Source: Planctomycetota bacterium
Lineage (GTDB): Bacteria > Planctomycetota > B15-G4
Direction of reading: 5' to 3'
NCBI GenBank assembly: GCA_965248575.1
Contig: CBDFJQ010000002.1
Coordinates: forward strand, 2,048,001-2,112,000
Length of the DNA stretch: 64,000 bases
The notes below the pieces were generated by a model that saw only the letters and a program-made list of their open reading frames with translations, made no database searches and was not told the DNA's origin. The stretch's first letter is position 1. Each line of letters opens with the position of its first letter. The position numbers were made by a program, and so were the translations under genes. Shown one piece after another: positions 37,752 to 47,343 of this stretch.

Positions 37752-39198
37752 GCAGCGTTTCGCGCAGCTCCTCGTTCAACTCGACAGCTGGAGCGTCCTG
37801 GGGAGCGACGCGCGGTGACTCCATCAGTCGCTGCAGTCTTTCCAGCATGGCGGCCAGTTGCGGCGATGACTCCGAGGCCAGGTTGTGGGCTTCGAGCGGG
37901 TCGGCCTCCAGGTCATACAGTTCGTGTTGGCCGTCGCTGCTGGAGATGAGCTTGTGGGGCCACTCCAAAAGGACATGGCGGGTGCGTTGGAAGCGCCCGC
38001 CCCATGACTCCGAGAGGTCACGCGCACGGGCCCAGTAATTCTCGCTCACCACGGGGGCCCTGCCCGGGAGATTGGGGAACAGGCTGCGCAGGCCGCCCAC
38101 ACGATGGGCGGGGAGCTCCGCCAGGATCATGCCGGCGACGTCGGCGGAGGATGTGGGTTCGTGCATCAATCGCCCCCGGGATTGCCCGCTACTCTTCGCG
38201 ATGAGCGGCACGTTGAGCACCTCCTGGTACACATCCTTGCAGTGCTCCACGAGGCGATGCTCGCCGAAGAACTCGCCATGATCCGACGTCAGGACGATTA
38301 CCGTGTTGTCGTACAAGCCCAGGCGCTTCAGCTCGGCGAGCAAGCCTCCCACCCCCTCGTCGAGGTTCGCGATGGCCGTGTCGTACTGGTCGATCACCTG
38401 CTGGGTGAGCAGCTCCACTTCACCCTGCGCTTCGCCCATGACGCGTTCCGTCAACTCGTGCAGAAGCTCACCCTGATCCCGGAGCACTGGCGTCTCGAGC
38501 AGACCGGGCCGAGGCTCTGTGTTGTAGACGTAGTGCGTGTCGACATAGTTCAGGAACAGGAAGAAGGGCTGGCCCGACGTCTGCTCTGCCCGCGCCGAGA
38601 GCCAGGAGAACACACGTGCGTTGAGTCGTTGCGCAGGAGAGCGCCGCAGCTCCCACTCGTCGAAGCCCTGCTGCAGCTGGAAGATGGGATTGAACCAACC
38701 CGTGTTGGCGATGAAGCCCGCCGTGGCATATCCCAGGCCCTTGAGCACCTCCGCCAAGGTGAGGTGTTCTTCCGCCAGCGGTCGCAGGTTCTCCTTCGGC
38801 CCCTGCGGCTCGTAGGTCCGGACGCCGTGCTCGAAGGGGTGCATGCCGGTGAACAGCGAGGCGTGGGTCGGGAGCGTCCAGGGCGCGCTGGCCTGAGCCC
38901 GCTCGAAGCGAGTTGCCACCGCAGCGAATGCGTCTATGGCTGGGGACGTGGCCCGTTCATATCCATAGCAACCCAGGTGATCCGCGCGCAGGGTGTCACA
39001 GACAATGAGCACGACATTGGGCGGGGCCGCGTCGGCAGAGGCGAGCGCTGGCTCGGAATCGCCGGGCACCTGCCCCGAGACGACGGGCGCCAGCCCCAAG
39101 ACGAGAGGATCGACCATGGCCATGCACGCGAGCAGGAGCCCCCACAACGGGGGCAGCCGTCGGCTCGAACAGGCGGTTGTCGTTGGTGAATGGATCAA
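37714..39198 (-). CDS. Sulfatase-like protein lacking the C/SxPxR motif
   Basis: VCDTLRADH, ASAPWTLPTHASLFTG, DTHYVY, SDHGE, EHC, ELYDL..DP.E, LRALGYL. Confidence 0.85.
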   Translation of the reverse strand: MIHSPTTTACSSRRLPPLWGLLLACMAMVDPLVLGLAPVVSGQVPGDSEPALASADAAPPNVVLIVCDTLRADHLGCYGYERATSPAIDAFAAVATRFERAQASAPWTLPTHASLFTGMHPFEHGVRTYEPQGPKENLRPLAEEHLTLAEVLKGLGYATAGFIANTGWFNPIFQLQQGFDEWELRRSPAQRLNARVFSWLSARAEQTSGQPFFLFLNYVDTHYVYNTEPRPGLLETPVLRDQGELLHELTERVMGEAQGEVELLTQQVIDQYDTAIANLDEGVGGLLAELKRLGLYDNTVIVLTSDHGEFFGEHRLVEHCKDVYQEVLNVPLIAKSSGQSRGRLMHEPTSSADVAGMILAELPAHRVGGLRSLFPNLPGRAPVVSENYWARARDLSESWGGRFQRTRHVLLEWPHKLISSSDGQHELYDLEADPLEAHNLASESSPQLAAMLERLQRLMESPRVAPQDAPAVELNEELRETLRALGYLGEAEDG

Positions 39199-39347
39199 GA
39201 GGACTCAGCGCAGTGGGCGGTCACCTGAACCCGCTCTGCACGGTTCGGGAGATGGGGAACGAGGGCGTCTTCGACACCGCTCGGACCAGGCTGTGGGACC
39301 ACGGTCGGTGGTAACATACCCGCTCCTCGGCAAGCAGGAACGCACTC

Positions 39348-40247
39348 ATGAGTGACACCGCCAGCACGGGAGCTTCCCCGGAAGAGCTCCCCCTCCCCTC
39401 TTCCGAGGCTGCTCCCCCGGGGCTCGACCCGCAATCCATCGAGCTGGACCTGACCACCATCGATGAGGCCATGGCTGCCCGCCTGCGGGGCCTCGCCTAT
39501 CAGCACAAGTTGCTGGTCTTCAAGAACCAGGATCTCTCCGACGAGCAGTACATCGCCTTCGCGCGAAAAATCGGGACTCCAGAGCCCTACTTCCAGGCCC
39601 ATTACCACCACCCGGAACACCCCGAGATCTTCGTTTCCTCCAATGTGCCGCTCAACGGCGCGAAGGTGGGCGTGGCCGGCACGGGCCGCATGTGGCACTG
39701 CGACTACTCGTTCTTTGATCGCCCGCTCGCCTTCACATGCGTGTTCCCCAAGATCCTGCCTTCGACGAAACGCGAGACCTACTACATCGACATGGCCAGG
39801 GTCTACCGCGACCTGCCCGCCCCCCTCAAGGCAGAGATCGAAGGCCTCACCGCATTCCAGGACGCCTGGGACTACTACAAGGTCCAACCCTTCGATATCG
39901 ACAAGGCGGTTCGCGAACTCATCGAGGCATGGCATGACGAGGCGCCAGGGGCCAGCCACCCCGTGGTCACGACACATCCCGTCACGTCTGAGCGCATCCT
40001 GTACTGCAGCAGCGGATTCACCAAGCGGGTCGAAGGGGTCACCCGTGAGCGCAGCGATGAGCTGCTGAGCCAGCTCTTCGCGTTCGCGGAGCAACCCCAC
40101 TACAGGCACCGTCAGGAATGGCAGGAGGGCGACCTGTTCATGTGGGACAACCGTTCACTCATCCACCATGCATCCAGCGTGCCCGCTGGTGAGAAGAGCC
40201 GCAGCTACCGCATCAGCCTGTACGACGCCCTCCCCTTCAGGGCCTGA
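39348..40247 (+). CDS. TauD/TfdA-family Fe(II)/2-oxoglutarate dioxygenase, ScoE (isonitrile synthase)-like
   Basis: WHCDY and WDNRSLIH facial triad; ScoE-type segment [34 protein letters not shown]; SYR near the C-terminus. Confidence 0.85.
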   Translation: [299 protein letters not shown]

Positions 40248-40252
40248 CGCGC

Positions 40253-42559
40253 TCAGCGCCCGCTGGGATCCCAAAGGACGGGCTCGCCGGCTTCCTTCAA
40301 GCTGTAGGTCGCGTCACGCTCCAACGGCCCCGTGAGCTGGACGCGACCTGATCCAGGCCAGCGCACCTCCACGTCGATGACGGCGACGGCATCCTCCAGA
40401 CCGATCTCCGCCTGCAGGCTCTGGCTGCCGAAGCTGCCGCCCGTCCCCACCTGGGCGTAGATGTCCCGCTGCGCCCCTGCCCCGGTCAGCACACGCACCC
40501 GCAACCGGGCGCCGATGGCTGAGCGGTTGGCCTCCACGCCTTCCAGCCGCAGGGTCAACCAGTGATTCCCCTGGCCTGGATTCATGAACAGCGCGTTGCG
40601 ATAGGCATCGCCCGTGAACGCGCCCCCCATCACGGCGTAGAGGTCCTGGTCGCCGTCGCCGTCAACGTCTCCGAAGGCGATGCCATGCCCCTTCTGCAGG
40701 TGCCCGAGACCCGCCGAGGTCGTCACCTCCAGGAACTCCTCCCCCGCACGGTTCAAGAACATGCGGTTGGGGTAGAGCGCCCTGAAGTCTGGCTCCCCGG
40801 TGCCGACATAGAAGTCTTGCCGGCCGTCGTTGTCGATATCTCCGAAGTTGCAGCCCATGGTCATCATCATTCGGTCGAGCCCCGCCGACTCGGTGGCGTC
40901 CTCGAAGGTGCCGTCGCCGCGATTCCGGTAGAGCTTGGGCAGGATGCCCCCGTGCTTCTTGCCGAGATAGTCCTTCACCACGCGGCGCACCGAGTTGAAC
41001 TGATAGCCGGACACCCAGAGGTCCAGGAGCCCGTCGCCGTCGTAGTCGAACCACCAGGTGGGGAAGCTCCAGTCTGGCTGTGTCACGCCAGCCGCGGCCG
41101 CTTGATCGCTGAAGCTCCAGGGCCGGGCGGATGCAGCGGGCCGGTTTCCAATCACGGCGCCTTGTGATTCGTTTGGCGATTCGCCTTTCGGCCCGTCGTT
41201 CCGCAGCAGGAGATTGGGCCCGTCATTGCGTGAGATGTAGAGGTCAGTCAGACCGTCGTCGTTGTAGTCCCCAAACGCCACGCCCTTCACGTAGCCCACC
41301 ACACGCGCTCCGACGGCCCCACCGACCTCCGTGAAGCGCCCCCCGTCGTTGTGATAGAGCTCGCACGGATGCTGTGCGCCGCCAGGCACCGACTCGTTGC
41401 CGATGAAGAGATCGAGCCAGCCATCGTTGTCGTAGTCACCCCAGGCAGCCGTCTGGGTGGGATGCATGGACAAGAGCCCGACGCCTTCGGTGACATCCGA
41501 AAAACGGCCCCCGCCCAGGTTCCGGAGCAGGGAGTTGGGCACACGCCCGGCCTGCTTGCGCCAGGCGCCTCGCAGCACGAAGACATCAGACAAGCCGTCA
41601 TTGTCGTAGTCGGCGTGCACCATGTTCAGGCCACCGGTGAGCCCCGTCAGCCCGGCCTGCTCCGTGCGCTCCTCGAAGTCACCGCGCCCGTCGTTCTCGA
41701 AGTAGCGGAGCTGGTCGCCCAGATCCCACGAGGAAACCAACAGGTCGAGATCCCCATCCAGATCGAAGTCCTCCATGCAGACGCTGCCGCAGAGCTCGGC
41801 CACGTCCACACCCCGCTCTCCCGCCTCGTCCACGAAACGCCCGACGTCGGCTTCGGCCGCGAAGGCCTCGGGTTCGATCAGCCATTCCTTGGGAACGCCC
41901 TCCGGGTACTCACCCAGGGTCATGGCCGCGATGTTCAGCAACCAACTGGCCTCGACGTATTTGGGCCGCTGCTCCAGGATGCGCGCGAACTCGGCCCAGG
42001 CCTTGCGCGAGCCCTCGGTCTGCTGGTGAAGCCCGGAACCCTGGATCGGAAACAGGCAGGACTCCGTGCTGTGGTGCTCGATGCAGTTCTGCTCCTCACC
42101 GCGCCGCAGCCAGGCCAGCGCAAGCAGCTCCCGCACCCGAATCACCATCGACTTCGGGGCACCACCGGACTCGACATCCTGCATGAGCTCCTGCAGCGTC
42201 TCGATGGCTTCCATCGTCCGCCCCGCGATGAGCAGTTCATTGCCCAACTGGGCGTGGGTCTCCACGCGCTCCGGCGCTGACATCCCCCCTGCGTCCAGGC
42301 GCCGCTTGAAGATCTCGACCCGCACATCGTTCAGGTACGTGTCTTGCTCGCCATCGGCCTGGGCGGCCAGGCTCGCGAGCCGCCGAACCATCTGCCGCGA
42401 GCTCTCCGTGAGCAGCTTCATGCCCGCTTCCGACGGCCCACCCTCCCCCGAGGAGCCCTGCGAACGCGTGCCCCCATCATCCCCGCAAGCCGCGAGGGCG
42501 AGCACACTCACCAGCACGGCCACGGGCCGTGACATCGTTTTGAATCGCAAGACCATCAA
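40253..42559 (-). CDS. CRTAC1-like lipoprotein with FG-GAP/VCBS repeats and ASPIC/UnbV domain
   Basis: LAAC lipobox; repeated DYDNDG..D units; C-terminal NRSAIGAR...VRWPGSG. Confidence 0.9.
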   Translation of the reverse strand: MMVLRFKTMSRPVAVLVSVLALAACGDDGGTRSQGSSGEGGPSEAGMKLLTESSRQMVRRLASLAAQADGEQDTYLNDVRVEIFKRRLDAGGMSAPERVETHAQLGNELLIAGRTMEAIETLQELMQDVESGGAPKSMVIRVRELLALAWLRRGEEQNCIEHHSTESCLFPIQGSGLHQQTEGSRKAWAEFARILEQRPKYVEASWLLNIAAMTLGEYPEGVPKEWLIEPEAFAAEADVGRFVDEAGERGVDVAELCGSVCMEDFDLDGDLDLLVSSWDLGDQLRYFENDGRGDFEERTEQAGLTGLTGGLNMVHADYDNDGLSDVFVLRGAWRKQAGRVPNSLLRNLGGGRFSDVTEGVGLLSMHPTQTAAWGDYDNDGWLDLFIGNESVPGGAQHPCELYHNDGGRFTEVGGAVGARVVGYVKGVAFGDYNDDGLTDLYISRNDGPNLLLRNDGPKGESPNESQGAVIGNRPAASARPWSFSDQAAAAGVTQPDWSFPTWWFDYDGDGLLDLWVSGYQFNSVRRVVKDYLGKKHGGILPKLYRNRGDGTFEDATESAGLDRMMMTMGCNFGDIDNDGRQDFYVGTGEPDFRALYPNRMFLNRAGEEFLEVTTSAGLGHLQKGHGIAFGDVDGDGDQDLYAVMGGAFTGDAYRNALFMNPGQGNHWLTLRLEGVEANRSAIGARLRVRVLTGAGAQRDIYAQVGTGGSFGSQSLQAEIGLEDAVAVIDVEVRWPGSGRVQLTGPLERDATYSLKEAGEPVLWDPSGR

Positions 42560-42596
42560 GGGATCCTAACCATCGCAGCTTGGCAGGCCAGCGAAC

Positions 42597-44399
42597 TCAA
42601 CCGTCGAAGCGCCACTCCGTCTGGAAGTCCCGCGCTGGAGCCTGACCGGTGACGGCCGCACGCACCATCTCCACGGGAATGGAGCCCTGCCGCAGCACAG
42701 CGTCGTGGAAGTCGCGATTGCTCATCTTCCCAGAGCCGACCAACTCCGCATGAAGCGCGCGGAACTGGAGGCCACCGAGCATGTAGGCGGCCTGATAGAG
42801 CGGCCCATAGCCCCCCTGGACTGAACGCCGCACCTCCGCCGTCGCATTGGCTCGCTCGTGCCCGACCCGGTCCATCAACAGGTCGATGCACTCGTCCGGG
42901 CTCAGCCGGCCCAGGTGGAAACCGAGCGAGAAGAGGATTCGAGCGCAGCGATGCTTGCGCCAGAAGAGCATGCCGATCTGATCCTCGGGGCCCCGCGCGA
43001 AGCCCTCATCCCAAAGCAGCATCTCCCAGTACAGAGCCCAGCCCTCCCCCCAGAACGGCGTGTTGAACAGCTGCCGGTGGGTCTTGTGGCGTTGCGTCAT
43101 GAAGCCCTGCAGGTGGTGCCCAGGGATCAACTCGTGGTGCACGGTGGCCCGGGAGAAATGGATGTTGTTGCCACGCATGCTCATGAGCTTGTCCGCATGC
43201 TCCATCCCGTCCGTGGGGAAGGCCACGCTGATCACCTCTCCTCCCGTGAAGTACGGCGTGTACTTCTGACGGGCGGGGCTCATCATCTCCATGCGCCACA
43301 CGTTCTTCGCGAAGCTGGGCACGGTGAGCAGCTCATGGGACTCGAGGAAATCCACTGCCTCGTAGGCGAGCTGCCGGATGAGCTCAGGTTGCTCGCCCGG
43401 TGCCACGTGCAATCCCTTGACGTGCTCCTGCGCGGCACGCCAATCGTCACCAAAGCCCAGCTCGCGTGATGCTTCCAGCATCCGCTCCTGGCACCACGCG
43501 AACTCCCGCTCCGCGATCTCCAGAAGCTCCTCGGCGCTGTAGGGGATCAACTCCCGCTGAAGTTCGGCCCTGAGGGCCACGCTACCGATAGGGTCACCCA
43601 GGATCGTGTCAGTGTCCCCTTCCTTCACGCCCGCGACCGTCTCACGCAGGTGTTTCGCATAGCTCCCCAGCGCCTTGTCCAACGCCTCCACGGGCTGCGC
43701 GCACCACCAGGTGAACAAAGGGTCGTAGCCGGATCGATAGGTGTTCCAGCTCTTCAGTGTCCGAGCAAGGGAACGCACATGGCTCGCCGCGCGGTTGGCG
43801 AGCAGTGGAGTGGTCTCCAGGGCCTCGCCCTCCCCTTCATGCTCTGACTCTACCGCTTCGCCCGCCTCCGACGACTCCTCCATCCGTGTGACACGCTCAG
43901 CCAGGGCCTTCACCTGGCTCGCCATCTCCGACAGCTGGCTGGCCGTCTGCTCTGCGTCCACGGGGCGCAACGCCCGGCGGCTCTCGTGCAAGCGGTGGAT
44001 GTCTTCCGCGAACGGCAAGAGCTCGGCAACCTGCTCCCACTCCGTGGCGCTCAACTCGAGGCGCCGCTGCTCGTAGCCGACGCGGTTCCGCAGGAGCTGC
44101 CAATCGATGGAATCGTCCAACGTCATGGCGTCGTAGTCCATGGCCTGGAGACCGGACATCCACACCTCGAAAAAAGCCCGCTCCTGTTCGCGACGCGCTG
44201 CGGCCAACGGGGCGTCCCACCAACGGCGCAGGGCGCCGAGATCCGTGCGGTAGCGCTGCACCACCAACCCCATGTCCCGCTCCGCCAGCATGGCGACGAG
44301 GTCTGGCGCTTCGTAGAAGGGCTCCGCCGCCTGCGTCGACAGACCGCCCACGACGCAAAGGCACGCAGCACGAAGCCACGACGTGAGTTCCAAGGCCAT
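42597..44399 (-). CDS. DUF885 family secreted protein (putative metallopeptidase)
   Basis: HHELIPGHHLQ, EGWALYWE, YQAAYMLG, FHDAVL; start uncertain (44399/44447). Confidence 0.85.
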   Translation of the reverse strand: MALELTSWLRAACLCVVGGLSTQAAEPFYEAPDLVAMLAERDMGLVVQRYRTDLGALRRWWDAPLAAARREQERAFFEVWMSGLQAMDYDAMTLDDSIDWQLLRNRVGYEQRRLELSATEWEQVAELLPFAEDIHRLHESRRALRPVDAEQTASQLSEMASQVKALAERVTRMEESSEAGEAVESEHEGEGEALETTPLLANRAASHVRSLARTLKSWNTYRSGYDPLFTWWCAQPVEALDKALGSYAKHLRETVAGVKEGDTDTILGDPIGSVALRAELQRELIPYSAEELLEIAEREFAWCQERMLEASRELGFGDDWRAAQEHVKGLHVAPGEQPELIRQLAYEAVDFLESHELLTVPSFAKNVWRMEMMSPARQKYTPYFTGGEVISVAFPTDGMEHADKLMSMRGNNIHFSRATVHHELIPGHHLQGFMTQRHKTHRQLFNTPFWGEGWALYWEMLLWDEGFARGPEDQIGMLFWRKHRCARILFSLGFHLGRLSPDECIDLLMDRVGHERANATAEVRRSVQGGYGPLYQAAYMLGGLQFRALHAELVGSGKMSNRDFHDAVLRQGSIPVEMVRAAVTGQAPARDFQTEWRFDG

Positions 44400-44586
44400 C
44401 GACGGGCCTCCGCTGAGAACCGGGAAGAGGCTTGTGATGAACGCCATGCGTTGGGACCTCCGCAGAGAAGGGGCGGATGGTATCAGGCCCTCGGCCGGGC
44501 AGCCCGTTGGGGCGGTCGTGGTAGATTCCTCCCCTTCGTCCTGTCGGACAGGCCGTGCATCCACTTCGACGAACCCCGAGCGCCTC

Positions 44587-46722
44587 ATGCTTCGCGACCG
44601 CATCGCCCGTGACCCTTCACCGGCCCGCTCCCTGGCAGCCCTGGCCGTGATGGCCGGGCTGGTCAGCTTGGCCATGTGCCTGCCGTGCTCCCCGGCGTGG
44701 TCGCAGACGGCGCCGTCACCCAGGCCGTCCGTCCCATGGCAACGCGATCTCGACGACGCGCTGGCCCTGTCGAAGGACACAGGCAAGCCGTTGCTGGTCT
44801 GCGTGAATGCCGATGGTGAACCAGCCAGCGAGTCCCTGGCAGCACGGCGCTACCACGACCCCGCATTCATCGAGTTGATGGAGGGGTTCGTTCCCGTCAT
44901 CGCCTCCGCGTTCCGGCACAACTCGACGGACCGGGGGACTGACGGCCGGCGACTGCCCTGCCCGCGCTTCGGCCGCGTCACCTGTGCCGAGCACATCGCC
45001 ATCGAACCCGTCGTCTTCGAGCGCTGGTTCCAGGGAACCCGGGTGGCTCCGCGCCATGTGGGCATCGACAAGAAGGGCAAGGCCCTGTTCGACCTCTACC
45101 TCCTGGCCAACCTGGGCATCATCGACACCACCTTGCGCAACGAAGGGCGGAAGGGTCGCCGCCTGCCCGACGCCGAGGGTCTGAGCGAGCGGGCACTGCT
45201 GGACTCAAGAGACGCCGCGGCTCGGGAGGTCCTGGAAGCGCTCTTCGTCACAACCGACGAGAAACGACGCCTGGACCTGGCCGACAAGGCGCTGTCCAAG
45301 TCACGCACGACGCAACACCCGGAAGTCCTTCGCCTCGCGCTCACGGATCCGGCACCGAAGGTGCGTCGAGCAGCCGCAGAGAAAGCCGCCAGCCTGAGCG
45401 CTTTGGTGCCCACCGACCTGGCGATCGCGGCGGCGACCGTCCTGCACGCCGACGACGTCCTGCTCGACCGCATCGCGCGCGAACTCGGGAGCCGACAGGA
45501 ACCGGACGCTCAACGCATGGCTCTGATGCTCAATGCATCCCGCGAACCGTCCCGAGCCTTGGACATCGAGGCGTGGGGCAGGAAGCTGAGCGTCGAAGAT
45601 GCCGAAGCACCGCTCCAGGACGATGAGGCGCTGCTCAATGGTCAAAGTGTACGCCTCGAGAAGGACCTGGCGGGCCGCCCCAAGGATCTGTCCCTGAGGA
45701 CTGAACTCGCCCGCACCTACCTGGCGCTCAGCCGTGCGCGCTCCTTGGGCGGCGAGCAGGACGTCAGCTACCTGTGGGAGTTGGCGAGAGAAGAAGCCTC
45801 TGCCGTACTGAAGTTCAAGAAGGCACCTCCAGCAGCCCACGCCCTCTTCGCACGCACCGACTGGTTGCTCGGTGGCCAGGCCGTCGACGCGGCCGCGGCG
45901 GCAGCGCGCGCACTCCCAGGCCTCCTGTCCGAGGCGCGCTCCAGACTCGCGGCCGAGACTCTCGATGTCTGGGTCCAGGCCCAAGCGGACCGTGCCTTCG
46001 AACAGCTGGATGCCGGAGCACTCCCGGAAGAAGCATCGATCGCGGACGTCGCGACCGGAGCGCGCTTGATCCTGCAGCACCCCCTCGCGACGGCCTGGCA
46101 ACGGGCGGCTGCCCTGGATGCCGTGGGCGGTCTGCAGTTGGACGGCCTGCACGGTGAGCTCGCCTGGTTGGGCGTTGGCAGACACCCCCTGGCGCCGGAA
46201 CTGCACGAACACCTGCGCTGGCATCTCCTGCGTGACGGCGACCCTGGGCAGGTGGGCGCGGCCTACGACACCTTGCTCTCCAGCATGTCTCCGGAGCTCC
46301 GCCCCGCCGTCCGCTGGTTCGCAGCCTTCGCTGCACTCCAGGCCGGTGACCAACTGCGCATCGCGCTGCGCACGGCCGAAGCGATCAAGAGCTACCGGCT
46401 CAGCATCGCGGGCTTCAAGGCCGCCAAGAACATGGACGAGTCCTTCACGAACACGGCAGCCTACCGGGCTCTTGCCCACGCCGGCCTCGCGCGTGTCCTG
46501 CTCGACGAGGAGTTCGTCAAGGAAGCCGCCCAGGAGTTGCTGGCGGGGCTGGCCGATGACCAGGCAGCCCTCGACCTGCCCGACGCCTATGGCGGCACGC
46601 CCCGCCAAACGACGGCAGACGTCATCACGGCGTTGCGGCGCGGGGCCTCATCGGAGACGAAGGCTGCCGATCCCGAAGCGGAACAGCTGGCTGCGCTCCT
46701 GGATGGGCTGCTGGGCTTCTAG
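44587..46722 (+). CDS. Secreted protein: thioredoxin-like N-domain plus HEAT/TPR-like helical repeats (paralogue of 58381-60708)
   Basis: Signal peptide; WQRDLDDALALSKDTGKPLLVCVN; CPRFGRVTCAEH; ALTDPAPKVRRAAA HEAT-like unit. Confidence 0.75.
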   Translation: MLRDRIARDPSPARSLAALAVMAGLVSLAMCLPCSPAWSQTAPSPRPSVPWQRDLDDALALSKDTGKPLLVCVNADGEPASESLAARRYHDPAFIELMEGFVPVIASAFRHNSTDRGTDGRRLPCPRFGRVTCAEHIAIEPVVFERWFQGTRVAPRHVGIDKKGKALFDLYLLANLGIIDTTLRNEGRKGRRLPDAEGLSERALLDSRDAAAREVLEALFVTTDEKRRLDLADKALSKSRTTQHPEVLRLALTDPAPKVRRAAAEKAASLSALVPTDLAIAAATVLHADDVLLDRIARELGSRQEPDAQRMALMLNASREPSRALDIEAWGRKLSVEDAEAPLQDDEALLNGQSVRLEKDLAGRPKDLSLRTELARTYLALSRARSLGGEQDVSYLWELAREEASAVLKFKKAPPAAHALFARTDWLLGGQAVDAAAAAARALPGLLSEARSRLAAETLDVWVQAQADRAFEQLDAGALPEEASIADVATGARLILQHPLATAWQRAAALDAVGGLQLDGLHGELAWLGVGRHPLAPELHEHLRWHLLRDGDPGQVGAAYDTLLSSMSPELRPAVRWFAAFAALQAGDQLRIALRTAEAIKSYRLSIAGFKAAKNMDESFTNTAAYRALAHAGLARVLLDEEFVKEAAQELLAGLADDQAALDLPDAYGGTPRQTTADVITALRRGASSETKAADPEAEQLAALLDGLLGF

Positions 46723-46736
46723 CCCTAGACCCCCGG

Positions 46737-47264
46737 TCAGAAAGAACCCCAGTTCTGTTTGCCCGGCAGGAAGAAGCTCGGGCTCAAGAACCTCAGGATG
46801 CCTGACAGCCGGCGTGAGCTGGCGAAGCTGTCTTCGATCGCCCGCTCGGACTCGGCCAGCTCGACCTCGAAGACCTCTGCCCAGAATTCGTCGGAGGCCG
46901 CTCCGCGCTCTTCATCGGTACTGAAAAGCCCGCGCACCGCGCTCAGCTCACCCGCGTCCAGGAAGCGTCCACCACAGCCGGGACAGCTGTCGATCTGCAC
47001 CCGCATCTTCACGGAGAAGTAGTGCCGCTGCATCACAACGCTCTCGCAGCGAGGGCAGTCGTAGCGGGCATTCTTGTCGACGCAGCAGGCGGGGTCCTTG
47101 CGAATCCCGAGCAGCTGGCTGCCTGCGGATTCCTGGGCCGAGTCGAAGTGCTGCAGCTCATCCTTGTCGAACCAGAGACCGCCACAGCCACCATCGCAAA
47201 CGTCGACGGTCACGCCGTCGATCGTGCGTTCTTCCAAGCTGTTGGCACAGGCTGGGCAGTTCAT
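46737..47264 (-). CDS. Double zinc-ribbon (zf-TFIIB-like) protein
   Basis: MNCPAC...VDVC..GCGGLWFD..EL and CPRC...IDSCPGCGGRFLDAGEL; GAGG before ATG 47264. Confidence 0.85.
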   Translation of the reverse strand: MNCPACANSLEERTIDGVTVDVCDGGCGGLWFDKDELQHFDSAQESAGSQLLGIRKDPACCVDKNARYDCPRCESVVMQRHYFSVKMRVQIDSCPGCGGRFLDAGELSAVRGLFSTDEERGAASDEFWAEVFEVELAESERAIEDSFASSRRLSGILRFLSPSFFLPGKQNWGSF

Positions 47265-47343
47265 CTCGTTCCCTCTCGCGTCTCGAATCGGACCAACGAG
47301 ACTCCCCTTCGGGCAGGGAGTGGGATTACTTGAGCGAGCCGCC

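Noticed and set aside
40560..41800. Recurring GTCGTAGTC/GTCGCCGTC-like DNA repeats
   Set aside because: They encode FG-GAP DxDxDG protein repeats; not a CRISPR or DNA repeat array.
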